Origin: Heteronotia binoei
Taxonomy: Eukaryota
Direction: 5' to 3'
Assembly: GCF_032191835.1 (NCBI RefSeq)
Contig: NC_083231.1
Span: forward strand, 72,168,001-72,232,000
Length of the DNA: 64,000 nucleotides
This document shows positions 10,856 through 24,676 of the stretch, one piece after another. A model generated the notes under the pieces. The model saw nothing but the letters and a program-made list of their open reading frames with translations, was not told where the DNA came from and searched no databases. Position 1 is the first letter of the stretch. Each line of letters starts with the position of its first letter. A program made the position numbers and the translations under genes.

Positions 10856-13800
10856 TTTTTTAGCTAAAAGAATTTTATTTAGTAACATATGGTAATAATA
10901 TCCAATACTAATAACATAAAAAGAAAAACACTCTATACCTATCCCATACATTACTCAATTTTATCCTCCCCTCCCCCCATATCAAGACTCCCGCCGGTGT
11001 CAATTACTTTAAATACTAATAAAAAAAAGGTAACCTTATCACTTAAAGAATTTCCTTAAAAAAGAAAACTACATATCATCCTACAAGAGAGTAAACAAAA
11101 CCTAAATAAACCAACTCAGTTATTTTAGTCCATTTTCATTATTCAAATATTGTCAAAAATCACCCAATGTCCCTTTATTTTCCATTCTTTTTCCACATAT
11201 CTTCTGAACTTCTCCCGCTCCATTTAAAAACTCTCCAACTCATAGTCTTTTAAAATTCTTGTAAGTTTGTTCATTTCACTTCAGGACATAACTTTTAAAA
11301 TTCAGTCCCATTTTTCTGGTAATTTGTCTTGCTTCCACAACTGTGCATACAATGTCCTAGCAGCTGAAAGTAAGTACCAAATTATTGTTCTGCCTTGTTT
11401 TGGAAAATTTTCCATTTGTAATCCCAATTAAAAAGTTTCTGGAGTTTTCTTGAACTCACACCCCAAAAATTTTGAAATCTCTCGTTGAATCATTTGCCAA
11501 AACTGTTTTGCTTATTCACAAGTCCACCACATATGGTAGAAAGAACCCTCATGTTTTTACGTTTCCAACATCTATCTGACTCCTTATTGTTCAATTTTGC
11601 CAGTTTTTTGGGTGTCATATACCATCTGTACATCATTTTAAAACAATTTTCTTTAATATTATAGCATGTCGATATCTTCATAGAGTTCTTCCATAAGTAT
11701 ACTCATGATTCCATTTGTATTTCCTTATTTATATTAATTGTCCACTTTATCATTTGTGATTTTACTACTTCATCTTCTGTAGACCATTTCAATAGTAATT
11801 TATATATTCTTGAATTTAACTTATTATCTCCAAGCAGAACTTTTTCCAGCTCAGTTTGCTCTTTTCTTATTCCTTCATTTTTAATACCTTTTCCACCAAG
11901 CTCTTAATTTGTTGCATTTGAAACCAATCATATTTATTATTTAATTCTTCAGCCGTTTTTAATTCTATCTTGCCACCTTGTATTTTTAAGAGTTGACTAT
12001 ATGGTAACCACTTCAACCATGCAGGAGATAGTTTTATTACTTCTGTTGGCACGATCCACAATGGCTTCCTTTCATCTCCATATTTTTTTTTATATTTTAT
12101 CCACGTATTTAATAAATTTCTTCTTATATAGTGATGAGAGAAAAAACCATCCATCTTATTTTTTCCATAATACATATATGCGTGCCAACCAAATATATTT
12201 CCATGTCCTTCCAATACTAAAAGTTTTTTATTTAATAATGTCACCCATTCTTTTATCCATACCAAACATACTGCTTCATGGTATAACTTTAAATCTGGTA
12301 ATTGAAATCCTCCTCTTTCTTTTGCATCTATTAAAATTTTCATTTTGATTCTTGGTTTCTTCCCGGCCCATACAAATTCTGAAATTTTCCTTTGCCATTT
12401 ATTAAATTGTTTACTGTCCTTCACTATCGGAATTGTTTGAAACAAATACATAATTCTTGGTAGAATGTTCATTTTGATTGTGGCTATTCTGCCTAACAAT
12501 GATAGATTGAGCTTGTTCCACTTTAACATATCTTCATCAATTTTACGCCAAAGCTTTTCATAGTTGTTTTTATATAAATCAATATTTTTCATTGTAATTT
12601 CCACTCCTAGATATTTTACTTTAGAAGTAACTTCACATTCTGTTAGACTTTGTAATTCTTTTTGTTTAGCAATTGGCATATTTTTACATAAGATTTCTAT
12701 TTGTCTTTATATAAAATCCTGCCAGTTCTCCATATTCTTGTATCTTACAAAGCAACAATGGTGTATCGGATTTTCATTAATAAACATTACATGATCTGCA
12801 AATGCTCTATATTTATAAGAAAAACCTCTCAATTTCAAACCTTCTATTTCTTTGTCTTCTTCACATCAAGATTTGTCTTCTTGAAATCTTTGTCTTCTTG
12901 AAATCTTGCATCAGCAAGATTTCTAAAGTCATTATGAATAACAATGGAGAAAGAGGGCAGCCTTGTCTTGTTCCTTTGCTAATTATCATATTTTCTGTTA
13001 AATCTGCATTTATACAAAGCCTTGCACATTGTTCAGTATATGTCTCCTTCACCATTCTTATAAGATTTTCTCCCAATCTCAATTTTTCCATTACTGCAAA
13101 CATAAAGTCCCAGTTCACATTATCAAAAGCTTTTCTCTGCATCTGCGAAGAATAATGCAACCTCTTTTTCTGGATGTCTTTCACAGTACTCTACAATATC
13201 TACAACAGTTCTCATATTGTCTCTTATTTGTCTCCTGGGAAGAAATCCTGCTTGCTCCTCTTTAATAAAATTCATCAAATATTGTTTAAGTCACTCTGCT
13301 AGTATTCGTGTATATATTATATAGTCATTATTTAACAATGAAATTGGTCTATAATTTTTTACATGTGTGGCATCTCTATCTTCTTTTGGAATCAACGAAA
13401 TTACTACTTCCTTCCATGTATTTGGTATTTTCCTCTCCATTCTTATAATGTTCATCAATTTTTGAAGTTTGGGTACTAACTCCTCCTTGAGGACTTTAAA
13501 AAACTTTACTGTATATCCATCTGGACTGGGTTCCTTACCCATTTTCATTGAATTTATTGCTGCTTCAAACTCACATTTTTCTATTGGTTCATTCAGGACC
13601 TTCACCATATTTTCTGTAAGGGGATTTACATTAACTTTTCGTAAATATACTTCCATCTTTTCTTTATTTATTTTTAAACCTTTAAACCATTTAGCATAGT
13701 ATTTAAAAAATTCTCTTTTAATTCCTTCTTGATCCAAAATCTCTTTTCCTCCAACAATTATTTTATTAATAATTTTATCCCCCCTCTTTTTTTTCATTTG

Positions 13801-14094
13801 CCAAACCAAATATATTTCAGGTTTATTTGCTCCTTCAAAGGATTTCTGTTGCAATCTTTTCAAATTCCATTCCAATTTTTTATGTATCAAATGTCTATTC
13901 GTGTTTGTAATATTGTAATATTCCTCATGATTTTCTTCTTCCCAAGTCTCTTTTTAAATTCTGTTTCCTTTTTCTTTATTTCATTTTGAATGTCCAATGT
14001 TTGTTTTTCTTTGTTCTTTTATCTTTATTATTCAATGTAATCAAGATACCTCTCATCACTGCTTTATATGCATCCCATTCAATGTCCTCATTAG
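10856..14094 (-). mobile_element. 5'-truncated L1-clade LINE (ORF2 with frameshifts, 3' UTR, AATAAA, short poly-A)
   Basis: Fragments WDAYKAVMRG, KNYRPISLLNNDY, KAFDNVNWDF, GTRQGCPLSPLLF, VKYLGV, PDLKLYHEA and a C-terminal CWK..H.WW motif; 3' end matches the copy at 61797. Confidence 0.92.
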
Positions 14095-15404
14095 GAGAGC
14101 CAGTTTGGTGTAGTGGTTAAGTGTGCGGACTCTTATCTGGGAGAACCGGGTTTGATTCCCCACTCTTCCACTTGCACCTGCTAGCATGGCCTTGGGTCAG
14201 CCATAGCTCTGGCAGAGGTTGTCCTTGAAAGGGCAGCTGCTGTGAGAGCCCTCTCCAGCCCCACCCACCCCACAAGGTGTCTGTTGTGGGGGAAGAAGGT
14301 AAAGGAGATTGTGAGCCACTCTGAGACTCTTCAGAGTAGAGGGCGGGATATAAATCCAATATCTTCTTCATCTTCTTCTTCTACTTAACCATCATCACTA
14401 GTAATGATTGATGATGTATTTCCCATAATAAATGTTTAAAGTCATCTAAACTAACACTCTTGTGTGATGAAGGATGCAAGGGAAGACTATAGGTTAACTA
14501 TTGTGCAGGAGCCTTTTTTCTGTCTGTTTGAATATTCTCCTCATCACCAATATTCAGACCTCAAATTCAGTGAGAGCTCACAGGACCACAGCTCCTGAAC
14601 CTTTATGAGAGTTCCACCTCCTCCTTCTGAGAATTCACCTCCTTGTCCATTGAATAGTATGTGCAGCTGCATAACAATTCCTGGATGAGCTCCTCTACCT
14701 ATTTTTCTACATAATGACCCCTGCCAATATTATAGGTCAGGGAGGAGAGGGAAAAGCCATCAAATTTAAATGGACATGGCATTTAAATTGCTTTCATGTT
14801 TTATTGCTCTTATTCATGTTGTATTCATAATCTTCTTGACTTTTAAAATGGATTTTGTACTTCCATGATATAACATACATAGAAAATTGAAAACGTATAT
14901 CTTACCATGTGTGGTTCGAAGAAACAACTACCCTACAAATGTTGGTATAAATATGTTTTACCTTTCAGTTCAAACCCCAATCCACACTGAAATAGCTTTA
15001 GCATGAGAATGACCTCCCCCACTGCTGCCTCTCACACCTAGGAAGTACTAGTTATTCTATGTAAGTGATTCACACAATGGCAGATCTGAATACATGAAGC
15101 TGCTTTATACTGAATCAGACCCTTGATCCATCATAGTCAGTATTGTCTACTCAGACTGGAAGCAGCTCTCCAGGGTCTCAGGCAGAGGTCTTTCACCTAC
15201 TGCCTGGTCCTTTGGACTGGAGGTGCTGGAGATTGAACCTGGGACCTTCTGCGTCCCAAACAGATGCTCTGCCAGTGATCCACAGCCTCTCCAATCTTTG
15301 ATATAGTAGCTAGGTGCATCTACAGATTCTGAAAGAACACAGAAAACAGAAATATTTGTTATTTTTGTCTTTCATTTACATTCGTTATTTTATTTTATTT
15401 AATA
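14095..15404. repeat. Arm B of the 1.3-kb inverted duplication (starts with a Squam3-like SINE, 14095-14383, plus strand)
   Basis: Reverse complement of 5629-6944. Confidence 0.95.
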
Positions 15405-15618
15405 GCCTTATATTCCACCTTTTCCCATAAGCGGGCTCAAGATGGATCACATTATAGTTCGCCTTTTTCACTGAAATTCAAAGCAGATTGAACAAAGTAA
15501 GTCAAAACAATCAAAATGGGGCATTCAATAAACAATGAAAACAGGATTAGTGTTGTAGATCCAACCAGAAGTCTAAAAAGGAGACAGAGAAAACTGAAGC
15601 AAAGCAAAAGTGTTAATG

Positions 15619-17451
15619 TAAGAACATAAGAACATAAGAGTAGCCATGTTAGAGCAGGCCAATGGCCCATCCAGTCCAACACTCCGTGTCACACAGTGGC
15701 AAAAAATTTTTATATATACACACACACTGTGGCTAATAGCCACTGATGGACCTCTGCTCCATATTTTTATCTAAACCCCTCTTGAAGCTGGCTATGCTTG
15801 TGGCCGCCACCACCTCCTGTGGCAGTGAATTCCACATGTTAATCACCCTTTGGGTGAAGAAGTACTTCCTTTTATCCATTTTAACCTGTCTGCTCAGCAA
15901 TTTCATCGAATGCCCATGAGTTCTTGTATTGTGAGAAAGGGAGAAAAGTACTTCTTTCTCTACTTTCTCCATACCATGCATTATCTTGAAAACCTCTATC
16001 ATGTCACCCCGCAGTTGACGTTTCTCCAAGCTAAAGAGTCCCAAGCATTTCAACCTTTCTTCATAGGGAAAGTGTTCCAGCCCTTTAATCATTCTAGTTG
16101 CTCTTTTCTGGACTTTCTCCAATGCTATAATATTCTTTTTGAGGTGCGGCGACCAGAACTGCACACAGTATTCCAAATGAGACCGTACCATTGATTTATA
16201 CAGGGGCATTATGATACTGGCAGATTTGTTTTCAATTCCCTTCCTAATAATTCCCAGCATGGCATTGGCCTTTTTTATTGCAAACGCACACTGTCTTGAC
16301 GTTTTCAGTGAGTTATCTACCACGACCCCAAGATCTCTTTCTTGGTCAGTCTCTGCCAGTACCCACCCCATCAACTTGTATTTGTAGCTAGGATTCTTGG
16401 CCCCAATGTGCATTATTTTGCACTTGGCCACATTGAACCGCATCTGCCACGTTGACGCCCACTCTCCCAGCCTCAACAGATCCCTTTGGAGTTCCTCACA
16501 ATCCTCTCTGGTTCTCACCACCATGAACAATTTAGTGTCATCCGCAAACTTGGCCACTTCACTGCTCACTCCCAACTCTAAATCATTTATGAACAAGTTA
16601 AAGAGCATGGGACCCAGTACCGAGCCCTGCGGCACCCCACTGCTTACCATCCTCCACTGCGAAGACTGCCCATTTATACTCACTCTCTGCTTCCTATTAC
16701 TCAGCCAGTTTTTGATCCACAAGAGGACCTGTCCTTTTACTCCATGACTCTCAAGCTTTCTAAGGAGCCTTTGATGAGGAACTTTATCAAAAGCTTTCTG
16801 GAAGTCAAGGTAAACAACATCTATCGGGTCTCCTTTGTCCACATGTTTGTTCACCCCCTCAAAGAAATGTAACAGGTTAGTGAGGCAAGATCTTCCCTTA
16901 CAGAACCCATGCTGAGTCTTCCTCAATAACCCGTGTCCATCAATGTGCCTACTCATTCTGTCCTTGATAATGCTTTCTACCAACTTTCCCGGTATTGAAG
17001 TCAGACTGGCTGGCCTGTAATTTCCCGGATCTTTTCTGGAACCCTTTTTAAAGATGGTGGTGACATTTGCTACCTTCCAGTCCTCAGGAACGGAGGCAGA
17101 TTTCAATGAAAGATTACAGATCTTTTTTAGAAGATCCACAAGTTCAACTTTGAGTTCTTTCAGAACTCCCGGATGTATGCCATTCGGACCCGGTGACTTA
17201 TTAGTTTTTAATTTGTCTATCAGTTGTAGGACCTCCTCTTTTGTCACCTCAATCTGACTCAGGGCTTTCAACACCCCTTCCAAAATTAGTGGTTCTGGGG
17301 CGGGCAAAAAGTTCTCATCTTCCACAGTGAAGACGGAGGCAAAAAATTCATTCAGCTTCTCAGCCATTTCCCTATCCTCCTTCAGTAATCCTTTTACCCC
17401 ATGGTCATCCAAGGGCCCCACTGCCTCCCTGGCTGGTTTCCTACTTCTAAT
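15619..17451 (-). mobile_element. 5'-truncated CR1 LINE with an uninterrupted RT frame (ORF 15733-17526)
   Basis: PGNYRPASLTSIPGK, QHGFCKGRSCLTNL, YLDFQKAFDKVPH, SGVPQGSVLGPMLF, FADD, ERDLGV; 3' tail of (ttcttatg)n octamer repeats typical of CR1. Confidence 0.95.
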
Positions 17452-18744
17452 GTGATGTATTAAATTATGCAAAATTATGCATTGGGACTCAACCCACAGT
17501 AAACTATACACAATAGTACAAACCAAAGTCCCCCAATAATTTATCCAAGTAACTTTGTGAAGCCTTTCATAACAGTGCTACCCTATAGTCTGCACATAAA
17601 AACCCTCTTGAATAATTCAGTTTTGCACTGTTTGTGGAAAACCATGGGAGTGGGAGCTTTCTTGGCTTTCTTAGACAGGCTATTTCACATGGTGGGGCCA
17701 CAGCGGAGATGGCATGTGTGTGGGCAGTTGTTGACTTTGCTCATTTCCAAGTTAATTGAAATATATAATCTAAATGTTTGCACTGATAATTAGCAACCTC
17801 AAGTAGTTATATATAACATTAAGCACTCCATATCAGTACCCAATTCCAGTAAAGCTGGAACCCCAGCTTTAAAGCTTTGTGGTCCAAGCTGTGCATGTTG
17901 TTACGCTGAAGGATATAAATGAGGCAAAGTGATGGGGGAGAGAAAAAGCAAGAAAAGTATAGTTACCTATTTGTTGATGGTCCAGGTGCAGACTCAATCA
18001 CTGAAGAATGGTCTAGGCAAATCATTCAAAAGAGAATATAATGTTGACATTACATGTCATTACATGTCACCACATGCTCAGCCCTACACAAGCAATAGCC
18101 ACTTTGGGGATAGATTCTGGCCTTACTTTTTAAAAAATACGTTCAATTTTTTTATTTTGTTTTAAAAGATATAGAAATAAAAAGGAAAATAAAAAGTAAT
18201 TAGAGAAGTAACAAAATATATACATGTACATAAACACCCCCTTCTACAATTTCAAAACAGCTCATACACTAACAATATCTTCAATCATTATCTTAACAAT
18301 ACAAATCAACTCCAATCTTCAAACACATTGATTTCTTTTAAACACAGTTATTTCCATAAATATTATCAAAATTTTCATCTGCCATTTCTATTTAAACTCA
18401 AAATCAACAGGCACAATCTATTAAAATATAAACATTTTTTCTAAAAGGGGGACACCAATAATTCTGGCCTTATTTTTGACAGGCAAGTAACAAGATATTT
18501 TTCCTTCCTGTCTCAGAAGATGGTGTATGTGTGATTTCAGGACCTAATAACATTTAAATGAGGTAAAGGTTTCTGGATGTGGAGTGGATTTAATCTTAGT
18601 TGCTCATGACAGTCATTTCCAAATGTCATAACTCTGAAAATAGTGGTAGTTAGTCCAAGGATAGAAACCTTGTTGGCTCCAGTTAATGGGATTAACTGGA
18701 CAGTCCTACTTCTGTTGACTCTTCTGCTTCTGCTGTGGTAACAA

Positions 18745-18914
18745 TTAGCCCAATCTAGCCTGATCTCATCAGATCTCAGAAGCAAATCTTGTTCAATTCT
18801 GGTCCCTGTTTGGATGGGAGACTACTAAGTAAGTCTAGGGTCACTATTCAGATCTGGACAATGGCAACCCTTCTCTGAATGTCTCTTGCCTTGCCATAAG
18901 TCATCTGTGACTTT
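18745..18914 (+). mobile_element. 5S rRNA-derived SINE with RTE/BovB-like tail (diverged)
   Basis: gcctgatctcatcagatctcagaagc and tttggatgggagac resemble vertebrate 5S rRNA (GCCCGATCTCGTCTGATCTCGGAAGC..CTTGGATGGGAGAC), followed by caatggcaaccc..gtctcttgcctt..ccataagtc. Confidence 0.65.
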
Positions 18915-21900
18915 ATTGGGGGTAGGAAGTCCTGACCCAAGAAAAAAGGGTGACTGAGAGGGGCACAACAGAGTCAGGCAAAAATGGATACTGCTTAAGA
19001 TAGTGTATTAAATTGAAAGAGGTGACATGGTACTTTCATACATACATCATTTTACAAATATGCATTTTTCGCACTTCACTTAGCACTTGCATTCACTAAT
19101 GCATACCTGAGTACAACAAATGTGGTGAGAATTGGCCTAAACAAACTTGCTTTACTTGTTATTTCCTTTAAGACCATCTTACTGTTTCGAGTGGCACCAA
19201 ATCACCTACTTTCATTATCATAATGGTTCTTTTATTTTCTTTCTTTTTAAAAAGTTGTCTCACATTTCCTAGAATTCTCAGCCCAGTCAGGCTTATGCAG
19301 CTGAGCCACAGGAAGGTTATAAACATATTCAAAGTGCCTTTATTCCTCTATGGTATTTTTAGCAAATTCAGGGACATCTCTTTTTAAAACTCCAGGGGGC
19401 TAGTGAGTTTCCATGCTGTTCGTCTGACAGAATAATTGTGGGTAATCTGCTATACAAATATTGGTTTAATAGCAAATATGCCTTCCGTTCCAACCATCTA
19501 AGATCTAGCATCAAATATTCGTGTTTGCCTGCATCTTTAATGTATACATCTATGGGAAATGGTTGTTTAAAAAAGTAAAGGTAAACAGAAGGTCATATTT
19601 GTCCTACTGTATCATACTCTACATAATGTTATTTTGTAAATATAGAATTTTAGCAAATATTTTCCAGATAGTACAAGACTCCTGTTGTTCTAGTGTTCTG
19701 AACAAGGACTGTTAAAATAAGCATGTTACCACACATTTTATAGCATTGTCACACCTTGTCTGACCTTAGGTAATCAAGGTGGGGAGAAGGCATGGTGATT
19801 AATCCTTGTACATGTGGATATGATACAAACAAGGGCAATGTGCTCTGCATAAAAGTTTTGCTTTTAATAACACAAAGATTTGCTTTGACATATAATGAAA
19901 TCCAGAAATGCACACTTCTTTAGATATAATGAAATGGAAGAAAACCATTCTAACTTATAGACAGAAGCTGAACAGCAAATTAGCATATAGCATGATGAAG
20001 GTGTTTTAAGAAATGTGGAGATGAAACGTGAATAATAAGTGTATAGGTTCAACAGTTGTATGGATTTAATTAAGGGAAAACAACAGTTGAAACAATATGT
20101 TAAGATAGGAGATTGTGGGAAGTAAATTGAGACTTATTTGTGATACCCCATTAATCTCTTCTGAAGCATGGAAGTAACATGCTTGGGGTAGGGTGCAGAA
20201 TTATGTAGGAAAATATATTTCAATTTGCATTACATTGCAATCACTATATGCTGTTCCAAATACTATACCAGGGCATAGTTTTCCTCCATCTCTCCCTGGC
20301 ATTGCCTCTTTCTCCACTGCTGCTTGGCCTGGGCCTGCTCCTCTGGCAGCGATAGTGAGCAACAGCCCAACTTACAGCACGAGGTGCTGTTGGGGGGCTG
20401 AGTAGGCCCTGATGGGCTGGCCAGAGGGGACAGAAAGGGAGAGAAAAGGAAGGCCATTGGGGAGCTGAAGGGAACCTGCATAGCCTCCTTGTATAGACAC
20501 ACACACTCACTTCATAAACTATCCTTCACTGACCTTGGCCAATAAAGTCTCCTTTTTGAAAAAATCATTTTCTTTGATAATTGATATTTCAGTTACACAG
20601 GCAGATTAAAATATATAGAAAACTACATTATAAAAATAAAAATAATATCAACAGTTTAAAAATGGAAACATTAAAAATTATGAGCAAGATGTAAAACATA
20701 GTAAGAATCTCTACTAGCAAGAACTATATCAATTTGCAAGAATTTGTGGGAACTTTATCAAATGGAATTTTGCATGAAGATTCTTAATTTGGAAATTCGA
20801 CATAAATATAGTTGGAAGCATCTACACAGTTATTGGGCTTCCTTTTTGATGGTCGAAATACTTTTGGATATCTTGAGAGTATATATTATGGACATTTGTG
20901 ATTTGTATTTTCTATGAATCATATTGTTAAATTTCTGAATATATTCTATTGTCATCGTTATTGGAAGTTATGATACTTGTATAGTATATTTTCTCTAGAG
21001 AGCTGAGATCATAGCAAAGAGAACAGAATGATGGGCAGAGTTGCAGAAATAATTTCAGTTTTTTGTTTTCACATGCACCAACATGTAGTATACTTTGCAG
21101 AGATCATTCGTACCACAATGCTATTTCACAAGTTGAGATGATTCACAGTATGGAGGCATTTCCTTATATTATTTTTCATCAAAAGGAGCTTATACTTTTT
21201 GCCCATCTGAATAGTGTCATTAGACTACTAATTTACACTTTGTAAAAGGGTCAGGAGTATTCTACTTTTTTTTTTGATGATCTGATATTAGATTGAAAAG
21301 GAAAAATTTAATAGGCACTGTAATTTGCCACTGCCCTTCCATTATCTAGTGTTTTTTGAATTACATAGCTTGTAAGACAAAAACCCCAAATGCATAAGGT
21401 ATTTCAAAGTGTTAAGTCTTTCCATCACTAAAGAATTCATTTTCTTTTATCCTAATGGAATCCCTATTTTGCCAAAATATAAAAAGATTTAATCTTCTTA
21501 ATTTTATCAGTCAATTTAGGAGGAAAAACTGGGCCATTCAGAATACTTTATGCAGCAACTAAATAATAAATACTGTAATTCTTCCATCATCTGCAAAATG
21601 CGGGAAAATGCACTGATAGCAGAAGTGACTGTTGGATATCTTTAGAATAATAAATACAATCAAATAATGTTAAGAAAGGCAGGAAGGAGATAATCCGGGA
21701 TAAAAAGTCCTTATCCCTACTTATTTACCACAGCTTAGTTATGGTCAGTGCATGTGGGATTTCTGTGAGCTTAAGGACTGTCAGGACAGGTCCCTGCCCT
21801 GGTGTAGTAATAGAACCAAGCTATGCCTGGGTTTGGTCTCAGAAACTCCTCAAGTAACTCACACCATAAAGCAAAATAAAGCTTTATTGAAGAAATTCAA

Positions 21901-22057
21901 GAATAAAGGTTTAAAAACAAGGCGTATAGTTCAGTGGCAGTAAAACGCACAGAAAAACTAACTAGCTAGAAAAACTAACTAGCACAGCAAAACTGAACTA
22001 GCTACCTTTTACTAGAGTTGGTTCTGGAGGCAGACAGTCCTTGAGCATAATACAATT

Positions 22058-22262
22058 TAGGGTTGCCAGCCTCCAGATGGGGCCTGGAGATCTCCCACTT
22101 TTACAATTGATCTCCAGGTGGCAGACATCAGTACCCCTGGTGAAAATGGCTGCTTTGAAGGGGAGACTCTATGGCATTGTACCATGCTGAGACCCCTCCC
22201 CTCCCCAAACAGCACCCTCTCCTATATCCACCCCCAAAGACTCCACAAACCTGGCAACCCTA
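22058..22262. mobile_element. Short hAT MITE (TAGGGTTGCCA family)
   Basis: Perfect 11-bp TIR tagggttgcca / tggcaacccta; TSD imperfect (taatacaa / taatacat, offset 2 nt). Confidence 0.75.
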
Positions 22263-22712
22263 TAATACATACCTCTTAGCAGCATGGAGGCACACAGAGG
22301 AAAGGGTAAATGCATAGACAACGTTTCTTCTCACTGACTACTTTTAAAGAAAACTGTAGGCCATAGCCTCCTGACATTCTCAACCAATCACTGGACAGTG
22401 TTCATGGAATCTTTCATGAAAGAGCGATATCCCCATTCCCATACAAGACCCACAGTTGAACTAAGTGAGCTTAATTAGCAGGCCTGAATGGATGGACTTG
22501 TCAAATATCTGCATGTGTGGGAGGTACCCAGCACCTGCTGTAAATCAAGGAACTATGTAGAACAGAAAGGTAACCTGGGGAGTAGTGTAGCTTCAGAAAA
22601 TTCTCTTAAGGTGCTCTCTGTCTTGACAAAGGATCAAGATACAAGAAGAAGGAACCAAAAAAAGGTAAAGGAAGTACATGCTAATTTAAACCTTCCTATT
22701 ACATAATAAAAA

Positions 22713-23005
22713 GAGCCCCATGGTGCAGAGTGGTAAAGCTGCAATACTGCAGTCGGAGTCCTCTGCTCACGACCTGAGTTTGATCCCAGCGAAAGCTGGT
22801 TCAGGTAGCTGGCTCAAGGTTGACTCAGCCTTCCATCCTTCCGAGGTCAGTAAAATGAGTACCCAGCTTGCTGGGGGGGAAGTGTAGATGAGTGGGGAAG
22901 GCAATGGCAAACCACCCCATAAAAAGTCTGCTGTGAAAACGTGAAAGCAACGTCACCCCAGAGTCAAAAATGACTGGTGCTTGCACAGTGGACTACCTTT
23001 ACCTT
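22713..23005 (+). mobile_element. Full-length Sauria/Squam2-type SINE with 15-bp TSD
   Basis: Head gagccccatggtgcagagtggtaaagc, (accttt)n tail; TSD tattacataataaaa at 22697-22711 and 23006-23020. Confidence 0.92.
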
Positions 23006-23699
23006 TATTACATAATAAAATTCATAGCTAGTCATAAATATATGTCCATCTATACATGCAACATAGTATGTGTTAGCATAATATGCAGTGGAATTTCATA
23101 TTAATTTGATAAGGACAATCCTTATGAAGGTCAAGCAACTAGAACCTACAGAGAAGCATTTTAATTTTGTCCTGTCCCATACCTATAGAGATTGGCCAAA
23201 GGCTAAACATCTTTGATTACATTACAAGAACATGAGTAAAACACAATTTACTCCCATCACTTCCTATTCTCTGCCTTTGTCATCCTTCCATTGTTTAAAT
23301 TTTACTTGTGAATAATTCTGATATCCTGCATAGTATTTACTGATTATGCTACATGCAGTGCATGTTTATCAATACGGCCCTATTATGGATCACTTCATAC
23401 TCACCTTTGATTCATTGTGCTAAATGGATCATATAAAGTCCCTATCTACACTTCTGCTTTCCAGAGGGTGATTATGGCAGTCTAGCTGAGTTGCTGAACT
23501 ATTGTACTGAACCGTTCTCTTGGAAACCTTCCCAAGTCAAACTATAGTTATAAATACTGATTAAATATTAAATGTAACCTTTTCTAGGAAGAAGAATGTT
23601 GACGGTTTATTATCAGCTCAGAAAATCACATATAGAAAAATATTTTTCTTACCGTTTTAAATAACCTTTAAATAACTTAAATAACTGAGCCAGTGTGAC

Positions 23700-23895
23700 A
23701 TTGTGACTAGAGTGCTAGTTTAGGATCATTCACATCTGCATCCATACCCCCACTCTGCCATGAAACTTGCTGGGTGACCTTGGGCCAGTGACTTTCTTTC
23801 AGCCTGACCTATCTTCCAGGGTTGTTGTGAGATAAAATGTAGGAGAGGATGGTGTATATAACCTTTAGGCTCTTTTGAGGAACGATGGGATAAAA
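23700..23895 (+). mobile_element. Old MIR/Squam3-like SINE
   Basis: Core-like block ccatgaaacttgctgggtgaccttgggccagtgac..cagggttgttgtgagataaaatg. Confidence 0.55.
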
Positions 23896-24676
23896 TGGTG
23901 CAAAATATATGATGTAACAATATCACATATTTCAAGAACCACATCATTCTGGAGAATATATTTCTTTCTTTCACTATTTCTGTATAGTTTCAATCCTAAA
24001 CACAATTTCTAGGGAGCAAAACCTCATTGAATTCAGCGGGAATTAGGTTTGTATATCCAGCCTTGTAAACATGCTTTAAGATTACTGTTGATCCCTATGT
24101 GTTTTAGTCAGAATTAGTATGTACTCAAAGAGTTCCATAGTGTTATTTTTAGTCGGTTACAAATTAGTTTTAAAACAATTACAGGCCCAAATGTAGCCTC
24201 AATAAGAATTACAAACTGTACAATATGCACAATTGGAACCTTATGAAACATATGCATTTTGGCCTAACAATCTTTTTCAGTAGTCAAGCATAACTGTTGC
24301 ACATAGTTTGAATTATTGCTATATTAATATTAATCCATATTGGATTAAATGAAAATTATACTGAAAAGGAAGGATTTTTTTTCATTATCAATTCACAAAC
24401 AATATCTAATAGAGAAGTAAAGGTAAAAGGTAAAAAAGGTAGTCCCCTCTGCAAACACCAGTCATTACCGACCTATGGGGTGATGTCACATCAGGATGTG
24501 ATGCAAATAAGTTCCTGCTGGACTTTTTCTGCAAAAAAGCCCTGCTTTTGTTTATTTTTTCTAGGTTTTTAATTATTATTAATTAACATTTTCTATCCCA
24601 CTTTTCCTGTTGTGAGAATTTTTCAAGTGGGAAAGAAAGATTTTGTCAATTAATTCTGGACTAGTAACTCACAGAT

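Noticed and set aside
14095-14170. tRNA genes at SINE heads
   Set aside because: A/B-box-like heads run into SINE bodies; no complete cloverleaf.
15733-17526. 597-aa ORF as a host gene
   Set aside because: It is CR1 ORF2; the first ~25 codons are flanking DNA read through from the truncation point.
18517-18564. Acceptor/donor pair on the plus strand
   Set aside because: Stops in all three frames and no other support.
21779-22376. Possible solo LTR bounded by tgtcagga / tcctgaca
   Set aside because: Flanks aggac / ttctc give no TSD; insufficient support.
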